A DNA stretch of 52,327 bases, the filler included, from Catajapyx aquilonaris (Eukaryota): NCBI GenBank assembly GCA_000934665.2. It is 2 parts of 2 records of this genome, joined end to end, with 100 filler letters (N's around TTAATTAATTAA, not from the genome) between each part and the next. Parts side by side here need not be neighbours in the genome. Positions count along the whole stretch, not along the records: positions 1 to 26,124 come from KZ539319.1; 1 more part is not named here. One strand, written 5' to 3'. Below the pieces are notes generated by a model. The model had not been told where the DNA came from. It did no database searches and was given only the letters and a program-made list of their open reading frames with translations. Position 1 is the stretch's first letter. The number at the start of each line of letters is the position of its first letter. Shown one piece after another: positions 1-11,485 of this stretch. Position numbers and translations under genes: made by a program.

Positions 1-606
1 AGGCTCAAATGTACTTGATGTAATAAATAAAGGTCCGTGCTGCATACCTCAGATGAGGTCAAGCACTACCCCGGATTATTATTATTATTATTATTATAAC
101 TGTCAGTAATGACTGTACACTATTAATAATTCTTACATAATTAGGTACTTTCCAATAGTGAAAATTGCCAATTTATAGTTTCATATCACATCAATAGCCT
201 ACATGTTTTCGAAATGTCCTACTTGCAAAGTTAACAAAGAGGACAGTTATCTTGCACAGTATGTTACAATGCTCCTTGCCAATTTGAAATGGAATGTAAT
301 ACAAGTACATGACTGCATGACAAGCTCCACAGTCTACAGTATAACTTATTTCAAACCATTACCACATTTAGCTAACTCACGAGTACTGAAGCTGCATGAC
401 ATAAAATGGAGACACATTTTCAACACACAGCTAGATGTCATATGATACGCAAAAACGTGTCAACCAATATTGTCAACGCATTTTGTGGAAAATGACACAT
501 AACGGTATGCCATGTGCATATCTAAATTCTGTGTGTGCAAAGATACGCCAAAACGTTTCACGTGAAACACAGGTGAAGGATGGACGGATGATCCATATAT
601 ACAGTA

Positions 607-1362
607 CAGTACCCTGCATTAATGGGCATGCACAGACATCGCCACCTGTCCAAGAACGAGCGGAAATAGGCGTCGGTGGGGTGCGTCCAAAAATACTTGG
701 GACAGCTCCAGATATCGCGGTAGATTCAAACTCTTGCTACAAGGGAGGCGGAGTGGTGCTGCGGTAACGTATGCGCCCACGGATGTTAAGGTGCCGGGTT
801 CGAACCAAACCCGGGGACACCCCCTTCATCACGTGCAGAGTTAAGAGTCGTCTCTGACTTCGTCTCGGGTGGAATCTCCTTAGACTAATCCACCCGGGGG
901 AGCTCACAAAACGACCACATTTCAGACAAGGCACTGCACTTGCACATCCCCTCCTGTCATTCCAACCTGCCCGTGGGGCAGGGCGTTGTAAAAATAGGAT
1001 TCCAAATTGTAACACCTCAGAAATAATAAATAACGGTCTGGCTGAAAACCCCTAAGGGGTACGCCTATCACCCATTATTATTAAACTCTTGCTACAAAGA
1101 TGGATCACAGCGGATCACAGTTATATCTGTGGGATGAATTATAAGGCCATTGCGATTCCTATCAATGTATTGAGGTTGTGAACCAGTTATTACACGGACC
1201 AAGCGAATGCCTGTTAATCCACCGCGATATCTTGAGCCGTCTAGAGCGGACTCGTCAGCAGTCTTGATCAAAGTATTTTTGGACACAGCCCACCGGACGC
1301 CTAGTTCCGCTCAATCTGGCCAGGTGGCGATGTCTGTGCATGGCCATTAATGCAGGGTACTG
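607..1362. mobile_element. Tc1/mariner-type non-autonomous element (MITE) interrupted by a SINE
   Basis: TIRs CAGTACCCTGCATTAATGGnCATGCACAGACATCGCCACCTG at 607 and its reverse complement ending at 1362; imperfect pairing continues to about 85 bp; TA on the left flank only. Confidence 0.85.
743..1082 (+). mobile_element. tRNA-derived SINE with 15-bp TSD
   Basis: A-box-like AGTGGTGCTGCGG, B box GGTTCGAACC (797-806), (ATT)n tail; TSD AAACTCTTGCTACAA at 728-742 and 1083-1097. Confidence 0.88.
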
Positions 1363-3486
1363 ATACGTCATATGGCACAATTGTGGATTTCAGCGGCAGA
1401 ATATGTGTCCTTCAATCGTTCGTATTTTCGTGTCGTATTTTCGCTGTCGTGCAGGTTTCGGCGAGAAATTGCACATTATGTTGTGTCAAAACGTTTAGGG
1501 TGTAAGTAGCAGGACAAAATTAATTAGCTTGGTTCGCCTGCTCTATCAGCATAATTGACATGCTCATTCACATTAGTAATAGTCGCGTAGACAGTAATGG
1601 GATGACCCCTAAAAAGGGGGGGCCAAAGGTTGCATTAAGTGTAGTCGTGGCATGGTTGGAATGCAGCATGGCGAGGTCAAGGGTCGCAAATGCTTTGGTA
1701 CATCAGACCTTGAGCCTGTCTTGGCAGCACTTTCTCAGTCGTTTGGTCTGCCGAGAAATTTGTCAGGCATGTCTCATCCCCCCCTTCCTCCCACGCCCTC
1801 ACTCTCTCCCCTTCTCTCCCCAATTCCTACCCCCGTCCTCTCTCGCTACCCTACTCATTAACATGGAGCCCCAAGTCATTCAGGTGAGATGAAAGTCAAG
1901 GAAAGGAGAGGAACACGTCCTGAAAAGCAGGAGAGATGTCACTTCCAAATTCATCCCGTCGAGATTCTAATTCAGACCCACCCCTCCTCCTCCCGCCCTC
2001 CAACCCCCACCTTCTTTTCCTTCCCCCGACTACCATTCGCCTCCCATTTTCCCACCCCATTTTCCTTCCTTCATTTCCTCCTTCTGGAGAGGACTACATG
2101 TTTCCAGACTCTCCCTGCGAAAATGGGCCCACTAATCTCTCTCGCTGCTCCGCAAAAGCCTCCCGCGAGCGAAAATTATTCTCATCATTGCTTTAAAAAA
2201 AATTGCATTACTTTTTAACCTCCGAGAACATGTCCTGAAAAACTCATAATGGCATCCACTTTTCCCGTTTCTTTGACTTTGCAGAATAAGCAATTAAATA
2301 TTTTGATATCGTTCCTACTCTAGGCATATGGGCAATATAACGCCACGGGTTAATTATGAGGCAGGCTTTATGAGAGCTCTTCGTTTCACAAGCCAGACCT
2401 AATGAGGGTTACCTCCTAACATGTATTATACATCGGTCCTCTGTGAGCAACTCAATATGGTCTGAGTTTTATACTGTATTGCTTGGTTATTCATGAGTTC
2501 TTCAATAAGTCACATCACGCTGTGAACCAGATCTAGTGTAACAGCAAAAACAGGGTTGGAAACGACCTCATTCGGCGTCGTCATGTTGCGCGATGTTGTC
2601 GCGACTAGATGATAAAATAATGTTATATAAAGGTTTTTGCCACCCACAGTGCGCACATCTAGGGCTCCAAGTGAAAAGTAACAATAGTGTAATTTGAGAT
2701 TCACCTCTAATGGATGTATTGCGAAGTAGTTATTTATAGACATCTTAGCCTGCGAGAAAATTATTTTTCTCCTCTCTTGTGTTACAGGAAGGTGTGAAAG
2801 TGCCGACGCGTAGCCATTGCAGAGAAGAGACCTATAGGGATAAAAAGGCGTTGATTACAGTGAAAAACATTACGAACAATTCCTGGCATATACCACCCTT
2901 TCGTACTATGTACTGTATACCTTACATACAATGAGACTAACACCTGAAATGCAGAACAATCAGCGTCACTGTGGAAGGATATCGAAAACATGAGCTTTTT
3001 TGAAGTTAGCGAACAATTTGATTGATATCCTTAAAACCACTGGCTAATATACTGCATTATTTTAGTGACGAAGCTTATCACAAAAATAAGGATGGGATAT
3101 TGCTTGGGATATTGCTTCTTCAGACCAGTTCATGGTGGCACACATTCGCCCATATCGCCCATATCTGGCAAGTCCTTTTCGAGATAAGCAATTACAGTAG
3201 TTCCCGCTTGGCATTAGGTAACGGTAGTAATGCAGAAAGGAAATGCTGAAGTAATGATGTCTCAATCTAAAGCGTTCACGCACCGAGGGCATTTTGTCAA
3301 GAAGAGTTGCTGAAAATAAGGTATGGCAGAAGCGAGATGCAGTGATCACAAGTTCTGACAACTTATATCGAATGTACAGTATACAAATAATAAGCTGTTT
3401 CCAACGTTGACAATAGCCTATGAGTTAGTCCTACATCCAAATCTCACCAACACTATCATGGCCACTTTTACTTTGTTCTACCACTA

Positions 3487-3598
3487 TAGACTTTCTGAGC
3501 TCAATGGTATACGTAGAAATAAAATAACTCAGCTCGCTGTTGGCTAGGAGCCGAGTTTATAATTATGTGCACGTACCATTGAGCACAGAAAGTCTCTA
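3487..3598. mobile_element. Small palindromic MITE-like element
   Basis: AGACTTTCTGAGCTCAATGGTA ... TACCATTGAGCACAGAAAGTCT inverted termini, plus an inner hairpin. Confidence 0.6.
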
Positions 3599-3744
3599 TT
3601 ATTATCTCTAGTCCTCCCCCTTCCCAAATTAAAAAATCTTGTACACTGTGAGAGAGTACTTAAAGGAGCACCACTAGCATTTTGCGCTATTATTTTGTGA
3701 ACATGTACCATATTACCATTTACGAAACAGTGATGTCACCAATA

Positions 3745-3840
3745 CAGTGAAACCTGTCAAGTTGGACACCTTAATATGTTGGACACCTCCCAATGTTGGG
3801 CATTGGAACCGTCAGTGTCCAACATAGACGGGTTTCACTG
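3745..3840. mobile_element. 96-bp Tc1/pogo-type MITE
   Basis: TA|CAGTGAAACCTGTC..GTTGGACAC ... GTGTCCAAC..GACGGGTTTCACTG|TA; TA TSD. Confidence 0.85.
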
Positions 3841-4479
3841 TATTTTGTCGCGCACAGATATTTCTTTGGCATCACCAAATCTATAACGTAAAAGCTAGGA
3901 AATAAGGCTGAGTACAGGTGTGGTATAAATATTTTAAAAAAGAAGAATATACTCGAAAACCACAAAGCAGCATAATTTATTTCAAACTATGGCACGTAAT
4001 CGCCACATCGACTGAAGTGAGGATCATAGAGTATGGTATCACAATCTTTTGTATTTCCTAGTGCGCGACGTGAACTGCCTCTTCGTCACTCCTCAGTTTT
4101 TTCCTGCCAAAAATTTCTTGAAATAAAGGAATAGTGGTAAGCACTATAAGTTACTTGCTAGATACGGATTGTAAGGAGGATGCTTGAATATGGACCAATT
4201 GGACTGCTCAAATAATGCTCGAGGATAGATGTGGAAGCGAGAATACTAGACAGGGTTCTACAAAATCTGCTACCATGTAGATAGTTACTGTGTTTATAGT
4301 GAACGACTTTGGGCATAATGTGGCTGTTAGATTTAGGGGGAAACAATAATATTGTTTCTCCCAAAATCTAACATAAAACTTTATGGACAAGTTGTATTTT
4401 CTTCTGATACAGTATATGCAGTAGTTGTGCAGTCATTATAACTAACCTGACCTTTTTTCTTGGCCCTGGGCAGAGAAGC

Positions 4480-4570
4480 GGAAAAAGACCCGACCAAGCG
4501 AAGGTGACGGGGATGGGATTTGAACCACGGACCTTCAGCTTGACTAAACTACCGTGTAGTCCCACGGCTG
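4480..4570 (-). mobile_element. Degenerate tRNA-like SINE head
   Basis: Minus-strand B box GGTTCAAATCCC (4515-4526); A box eroded; boundaries approximate. Confidence 0.35.
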
Positions 4571-6387
4571 GAAAATATTTACCCCTTGATTCTCCATTTC
4601 CGTTCAAAAATCATTCTGGACAAAGCTGTATTCTTGATAGCGCATATCAATTGGGTCGAAATTAATCCTAATCAGTTAATGAAGTGCCCTACGCTAAATT
4701 AGGTCTGAACGTCGATCCTAATTCAAGCAAACTGCATCTTCGATGATCAACAACGATGAGGAATAAAAGAGGAAAATTTCCACCCGATAGAACATGTTGG
4801 CAGACATGAAGGGAGCCAACTGTCTGGTGTGGCAAAGAAGAACAAAGTTGCTGGGTAGATCGGTTTAGGAAGATTACACCAGATGGGAAACTTCTTTTGG
4901 GTTTTTCACCCCTAAAAAGGGAAAAAACTGAAGAAACGATGGTAAGCTAAGGTTGGGAAGAGAGGGAGAAAGGTCGTTTTGCTCCGCTTGAACTGAGCTT
5001 ATTTTGATGGGAGTCCAAAAAGGAAGAGAGCTACTCGGCTAAATGAGGCCTTTAATATTTTTCCTCCGCCCTTCATTTTGTTTAATGGGTTCCGATCTGT
5101 GATCTTCAATCAGAAGGAAGCCAGAAAATAAGAAAAAAAGAAGTATCAGAAAAGGATCCCCTCCCACCTCCTTCGACTGGGTTACATACTCATCCTTTAT
5201 CGAATTTAGTCAATTTCCTGCTCTAAAGGCTTGAAAGTATCGGTAAAAAAAATCTGGATGAATGGCTGTTGCCTCCAATTTGGTCAGAAGTATATGGCAC
5301 TCACCTACAGCTTCATTTATTAATCTTATTAGGATAATTGAATATGAAGCTTTATTCTCAATGGATGATCCGATGATTCAAAGTAGGTGTAACTAAAATA
5401 ATATCCTAGAAAGTTGAAACATTTTGGAGACCAAGGCGGGTGGTATAAACTTCTGTACTGCTGAAATTCATGTTACCAAAGGTCGCTATTATAATTATTC
5501 AAAACTGACAAAGAAGTATTTCTCAGAATATCGCCATGTTATGAGTATAGTATGTCTATATGAGGTTAACATAAGATGATTGAAATAATTATATTGACGA
5601 ATATGGGACGCGTTCTTGCTGTTTCTTTACTGCTATTATTTTATTCCTGCTTGGACCACACTACCACGCACCAGTTTGGATGTCGGCTACATCTGGTAAG
5701 AATAAAATTGGCCAGTAACGTTTGATTTAGTGCAGTGTCATAGTGGAAGTTGGGGTTTATTCTTCATAATTCCTGTTTAAGAAAGAAATCACATAAAATA
5801 TGTTCCCCAAACAGAAAGGAATTCGGCAAAAATATGGGTCCCCTGATCTCTGATAGGCCAGGCAACTATTGGCTGGAGAGCTGCCTCCTGGAGCTAGGTT
5901 GGGCTAAGGGAATGGGGAAGGGGGAATAAATGAACGGTCGGAAGATTTGTCGTAGGGCATAGTTTATGCCTCCCAATAAGCTAATAGGGCGGGGGACAAG
6001 TAGAAGGCGGGATCTTGTGCCTTCCAGGCCGCTCTATCCGCATTTTATTTCAAAGCCTGGATTAGCATATGGAGGCGCATCGCCCCAAATTAATTAATTA
6101 CGGAAGGCCTTGGTGTGCTGCCGGAGGGGTCCCGCCATCGCACTTTCCCCTCACGACCATTAGCCAAGCATAAGGCTCGTCTTATGCTACCCTCCACCGG
6201 GGATTACTATTAGGAGCATTACATGGCGATTTTGCAGGATTAATAACAGCTTGTACAAAGCCACTTTGCTTTTAGCCACAACGAGCTCCAGGTGTAAACA
6301 GAGCAATCCAGGCAACTATTGAAGTTCGGGGTATACGTCAGTTGCTGCTAGAAGAGCGCAATGCAATTAGGCTTCCCTACTTCCTTA

Positions 6388-6766
6388 GGCCCTTGCCACA
6401 CTAGGCGGAAATTCCGTCGCGGTTTGATTTTGCAACTTTTTTCACGCGGAATTTCCGTCGACCGTGCTGCCGCCTTGCGGCCCTTTCAGCTACCAATCCA
6501 TGCCAGCGAACCCGCTTTTTCCGTTGGTAGTGTGGCATTCCCCCGGCGGAATCAATGTATTGCAGTGGGATTATATTGTCCCCGACGGAAAACCGAGCGG
6601 TTTTTTCCCCGCTGTGTCTTCTGCTGGTGCTCGACGGAATGACGGAAAAACCGTCGTGTGTGTCTCATTCCGACGGAATCCCGTTTACTTCCATGTGTTT
6701 GCTTTTTTTTGAGCGGACCGCGCCGGAAATTTCGTCGCGGAAATTCCTCCTAGTGTGGCAAGAGAC
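6388..6766. mobile_element. PIF/Harbinger (Tourist-like) MITE, family A
   Basis: TTA|GGCCCTTGCCACACTAG ... CTAGTGTGGCAAGAGAC|TTA. Confidence 0.85.
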
Positions 6767-6769
6767 TTA

Positions 6770-7020
6770 AGGCCGCTACACAAATTCGGCGGAAGGCTGA
6801 GCGGGCGGCAAGAGTGCGTTTGGGGGCGTGGTTTGGGGGCGCGGAACTGAGCGGTGGCATTCGCACAAGTCCATCCAGGTGGACTTGAGCGGTTCCCATC
6901 GCACCAGTTTCCGCCCGCAGCGCCACCGCTTGAATTTGTGAATTGCCACCACTCACATTCCGCGCCCCAGTCGCACGTTTTCCGACCGCTCAGCCTTCCG
7001 CCGAATTTGTGTACAGGCCT
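6770..7020. mobile_element. PIF/Harbinger MITE, family B
   Basis: TTA|AGGCCGCTACACAAATTCGGCGGAAGGCTGAGCGG ... CCGCTCAGCCTTCCGCCGAATTTGTGTACAGGCCT|TTA. Confidence 0.85.
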
Positions 7021-7023
7021 TTA

Positions 7024-7269
7024 GGCCCCTGTCACACTAGACGGAATTTTCGCGACGGAAATTTCGTCGCGGTCCGCTCAAAAATGTCAAACACATGGAA
7101 ATAAACGGGATTCCGTCGGGATGAGACACATAAGACGGATTCTCCGTCCTTCCGTCGAGCACCAGCAGAAGACAGCACTGTCGACAGAAATTCCGCATGA
7201 AAAAAAATTGCAAAATCATTCGGCGAAGGAATTTCCGTCGCGGAAATTCCGTCTAGTGTGGCCAGGGCC
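7024..7269. mobile_element. PIF/Harbinger MITE, family A (shorter, inverted relative to 6388-6766)
   Basis: TTA|GGCCCCTGTCACACTAGACGGAA ... TTCCGTCTAGTGTGGCCAGGGCC|TTA; interior matches the reverse complement of the first copy. Confidence 0.85.
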
Positions 7270-7386
7270 TTACACAGGAATTATCACTCACTGACCTCTT
7301 TTTACACCCACTCGTTCATTATTCTAGATTTCAAGAAAGTACCCCCATAGAAACTCTATACACATGAGAATCCTCTCTTCGATCCA

Positions 7387-7449
7387 GGGATCTAACTCGG
7401 GACCTCAGAGGCGGAAGGCTCTGGCGATAACCACTACACCACCCAGGCC
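7387..7449 (-). mobile_element. tRNA-like SINE head
   Basis: Minus strand reads GGCCTGGGTGGTGTAGTGGTTATCG...GGTCCCGAGTTAGATCCC, with A and B boxes at tRNA spacing. Confidence 0.55.
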
Positions 7450-8207
7450 CGGCGGAACGGGGGGGGGGGCAGAGGGGGGCAGGCAGGTGGCAGCACCAAG
7501 TGTATCACCTCAGATCACCTCAGTAATCACTTCCGATTTCATTCTAACCGTGATTTTTTCTAACGGCCGCGCTGTCGCGCGGCCTTGTTGCATACAAAAC
7601 TCACACCATCATGTAACACACGTAGTCTTTGGAACTGTCCCAGACGCTATACTGATCGGAAACACTCATCGAGAGGGGGAACACCAACTCAAAGGTCTCC
7701 ATCTATCACCCCCTATAACGCCTAACCATCACATCTTTCTGCCCAGGGGCCGTTCAGGAGCTCAAAAAATCATTTCTGCCTTTCCTTTCACCAATTCGCC
7801 AAACAACAATAAGGTTATTATTAGCCCACATCGCGGTGTAGAAAACCAGAATCAGCCACAACGTCTTATGGGCATTTTCTGAACCATTCGCATTTCGGCA
7901 TTTTTGTTAAGTCAAAAACGCTATGTACGCTTTGAAAACGAGCNNNNNNNNNNNNNNNNNNGCCCCCCCCCCCCCCCAAATAGAAATACGTTCCGCCGCC
8001 GTTGACACCACCACACCTTATGAGATAATACGTAGACCTACATTGCGTTCACATCAGTGGATTTCGTCGAGTCGATTCAAGCGGGTCAGAATAACATTAA
8101 GGCGCACAGCCCTACGCTCAAGTTCCTTTACAATAAATTACCGACGGGGAGGGGAGTATGCTTAGATTATTATAGTAATTCACTATTTTCGAAGTAGGAG
8201 GGACATA

Positions 8208-8500
8208 CCGGCGCTGATGGCCTGGTGGTTAGCGCGCTAACCTCTAGACCCAAAGTAGTGGGTTCGAACCCGGCCGAGGTCGGTGACTGTTTATCTCCGG
8301 GTGGTAGAAAAGTGAGAGTGCGCCTTCCTTCGGAGGGGAAGTAAAGCCGTCCCGTCGGTCCCGTGTGCTTGTGACATTGCGCGAGTGCACGTTAAAGATC
8401 CCCAGAGTGGCAAAATTTCCAGGAGGAGGACCACCCCCTGGCGCTGGCGTCGGTGTTGAGCCTAGCGGCAGAAATAGCCTCCTGAGACCCGAGAAGAATT
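8208..8500 (+). mobile_element. tRNA-derived SINE
   Basis: A box TGGCCTGGTGG (8218-8228), B box GGTTCGAACCC (8261-8271), then a non-tRNA body (CCTTCGGAGGGGAAGTAAAGCCGTC...GCACGTTAAAGATCCC); 3' end approximate. Confidence 0.8.
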
Positions 8501-9425
8501 GAGTAATGCAATGTCAGTTCCTATTGCATTTTCTGAACATTTTCCCAATAAGAAACGAGAAAAAAATTATAATTTTAAAATATTGAAATAAATAATGACA
8601 AACAACCAATGAGAACATTAGGATTCATTTCCTGCTACAAAAGCAGAACGGATGAAAGCTGAAAATTGAAATGCCACTAAATGGATCACTAACATAGTGC
8701 TCTATCCTCAAAACAATGTTTTTGAAATTCATTTGTGGAATTCGTGGTAGAAATTCCTCTCAGAAGACAATTAAAGATAAATGAAATTATTTTTGAACGC
8801 CACCACTCCAGGCATGGGGCTTGCTCCTTCCCTTCTTACCCCCTCGCATGGTACCTCGCTATTCTAGATTTTAAAACTGAACTGTATAGTGCAAAGCGCA
8901 CTTCCTTATGGGTGTATAGGTACAGGCACTTAGAGAAAAGTCACATCCCATTCAGCTAAAAAAAACCTTTTTTCGGATGTCCATTTAAATGGGCATTTGG
9001 TCTCAGGAAGAAAAGAAAATTACCAGTTCTCTACAGTCTACCGTCCAACAAAGATTGCCACAGACATTTCTCTTTGCATTTCCTAATGCACATTCCTTGT
9101 GAATCCCAGGACATTCGCTGCATTGACAAAAATCGCACTCTAAATATGAGGAAAAAAATAAAACTTACAGTATCAGAGCGACTTCAGCAGCGGCATCCGC
9201 CATTTTTTCCTCGATTTAATTTTCGCGGCCCAAGTCAGATATTCGACACTAGGTGGCTACACCTATTGAGGCCAGATTGTAATCATGGGATATCAACAGA
9301 TTACAGTTCTATTGGCATCACTAGCTGGCGCCAAAAAAACTTTTCCAGATGTCCATTTAAATGGACATTTGGTCTCAGGAGGATAGGCCGACGTTAAGCC
9401 CCACTGATCAGAGTAGGAGGGGCAT

Positions 9426-9654
9426 ACCGAAGCAGGTTGGCATAGTGGATAGGGCGTCCGACTGCTAATCGGGAGGTCCTGGGTTCGAATTCTGGGGCCG
9501 GCAACCCTGACTGTGGTTTTCTGTGGTTTTTCACGGTCTTTCTAGGATAATTCCGGGGTCGCTTCCGTATAATAGGTCACAGTCGCTTCCTTCCTTCCCT
9601 ATCCTTGGAGGTTGAAAGGCAATGCTGGGCCAACCTCCTTAATATCAATTATAA
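9426..9654 (+). mobile_element. tRNA-derived SINE with 14-bp TSD
   Basis: A box TGGCATAGTGG, B box GGTTCGAATTC; TSD AGTAGGAGGGGCAT at 9412-9425 and 9655-9668; a second copy lies at 19682-19828. Confidence 0.88.
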
Positions 9655-10203
9655 AGTAGGAGGGGCATGACATATAGAACTGTAGACTGTATAGTAGCAA
9701 TGCTACGTGTAGATTCTACTTGTACCTGGACACTGCTATCAAAGCAACTTGGCAGGGAGAACCTAGGACGCGGCCTATCATTCCCAACAATAAATTACTG
9801 GCAACCAAGTGGATGGAAGCAACTGCTACTTCTAATGTACAGGGGTTGGACAATCATAATAATAGGGCCACCTGCCAAAATCGGTTGAAATTTCGTGCCT
9901 GTTTTATTCGAAAAATGGAAGGTTACAAATATGACTTTTACTTAGTTTTGAAGCTAGATCGATAATGTACTCGTACATGTCTAGGTATGCAGATGGCCCA
10001 AATATCACGAGAAGCTGAGAGAAACAAAAAGACTAACGATACCACCCAGGCCCAATTTTTAACCAGAGTGTCCCACACTTTTCATTTGAAAACGAAAACA
10101 GCTACACATATGACCTATACTGTGTTTTGAAGCTCAATCGATGTCACTTTGTGTGGTATAGAGATTTACCAAAATTACCGACAGAGGGTGGGGGGGGGGG
10201 GAA

Positions 10204-10396
10204 TATAAACGACACCCCCTTCACCGGCACTAAATCTGAGAAGAGATTGGACAAAATAATGCATAGTAAGTTTGTGTCGAATTTTCGTCCCACTACTGGT
10301 TACTACTAACCAGTACCAAATTTGGCCCTGGTACTGCTAAGTTAGCATTAACTAGCAGTGGGACGAAAATTCCGGGGAATGGGGGTGTCGTTTCTA
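10204..10396. mobile_element. Palindromic MITE-like element
   Basis: AAACGACACCCCCTTCACCGG ... CCGGGGAATGGGGGTGTCGTTT outer arms; AATTTTCGTCCCACT ... AGTGGGACGAAAATT inner arms. Confidence 0.65.
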
Positions 10397-10671
10397 CGTC
10401 TACGTTCTACGATATTGGGGCATCGATTACTCTGGCTGGAGATTGGTCTGGAGATCTGACTCACCTTGTAGAAAAATATATGATGTGTATCTCTTAGAAA
10501 TAATAGACCCGTGCAGTAAACCTTCTTCAAGTGGATATGCTATCTTCAGTCAATATATTGTATAGCTTCGCTCTAGCTCTTAGAAACGATGAATATTTCT
10601 ATTCTGAAGTCGTATATTTACATGTTAGAATTACGTAACCTTATACAGACAGTGTGTGGGTTTCGCTTTTT

Positions 10672-10675
<4 letters not shown>

Positions 10676-10703
<28 letters not shown>
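10676..10703. repeat. (CT)n microsatellite
   Basis: Direct read. Confidence 0.9.
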
Positions 10704-10706
<3 letters not shown>

Positions 10707-11348
10707 CCCCTTCTCTCGTTCTTTCTCTGTTCCTTTGGGTAGTCAAGTGCATATCTTTTGAATTGGAGTTGCTTGTTGGCAAAGGATGTTTTGACAAAGA
10801 CTGGGGGAGGGGGATGGATGTGTGGGTGTAAGGGGTAGCTTCCTTGCAATTCCGGTAGCAAAATCGAGTAGCGGCCTGTGCTATAGGAAACATCAAAGTG
10901 AATGAGATGGAAAGGATCAGATGACAAGAGCCTTGTGCAGCCTCTTCTCCTCCTCCAGATCAATACGATCCCCCCCCCTCCCACCCACTCCCACACTACT
11001 TGAACATCCACCTTCCACAGCCTCTGGTCCGAAAGCGAGAAAGCATCCTTTTTCCTGCATCCCAACTCTTTTGCCTTTACCCTTTTCTCTATTTTTGCCG
11101 CCACTTGAGGGAATTGAATTCGCTTTTTTGAATCCTCCCTCTTTCCCTCTAGATTAAAATTTACCAATGTGTTGGCTACGTGTCAAGATGGCCACTGGTA
11201 TCCTCGCTAAATGTAGGCTATATCAGGAGAACCACATGACTTTTGTCGTTCCTTCTAATCATTTGCACAAAGCAAAATACCAGGCAGAAAAGGAAGCACA
11301 AACAAAGGGAAAGACTGACAAAGTAACAAAAAGTATTTAAACTGGAAA

Positions 11349-11485
11349 CGTGGTGTGTAGTGGTTATTGTCACAATCTCGGATGTCACGACGTGTACGAT
11401 CCCCATGTGGAAACCATTTCGATGGGCTCTCCCTGTATTCGCGTGGGTTTACTCGGGATTCTCCCATTTCTTCCCACAGTCAAAA
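11349..11485 (+). mobile_element. Old SINE relic with V-domain-like core
   Basis: Eroded tRNA head (GTGTAGTGGTTA...GTACGATCCCC) followed by CTCCCTGTATTCGCGTGGGTTTACTCGGGATTCTCCCATTTCTTCCCACAGTCAAAA, resembling the V-SINE conserved domain as I recall it. Confidence 0.55.

Noticed and set aside
5858..6321. 14-bp direct repeat CCAGGCAACTATTG (5858-5871, 6308-6321) as a possible TSD
   Set aside because: The enclosed sequence has no pol III boxes, tail or TIRs that I can see.
743..9500. tRNA genes at 743, 4500, 7387, 8208 and 9426
   Set aside because: They have A/B boxes but no clean cloverleaf I could build. The copies at 743, 8208 and 9426 run into non-tRNA bodies, two with TSDs, so I treat all five as SINE heads.
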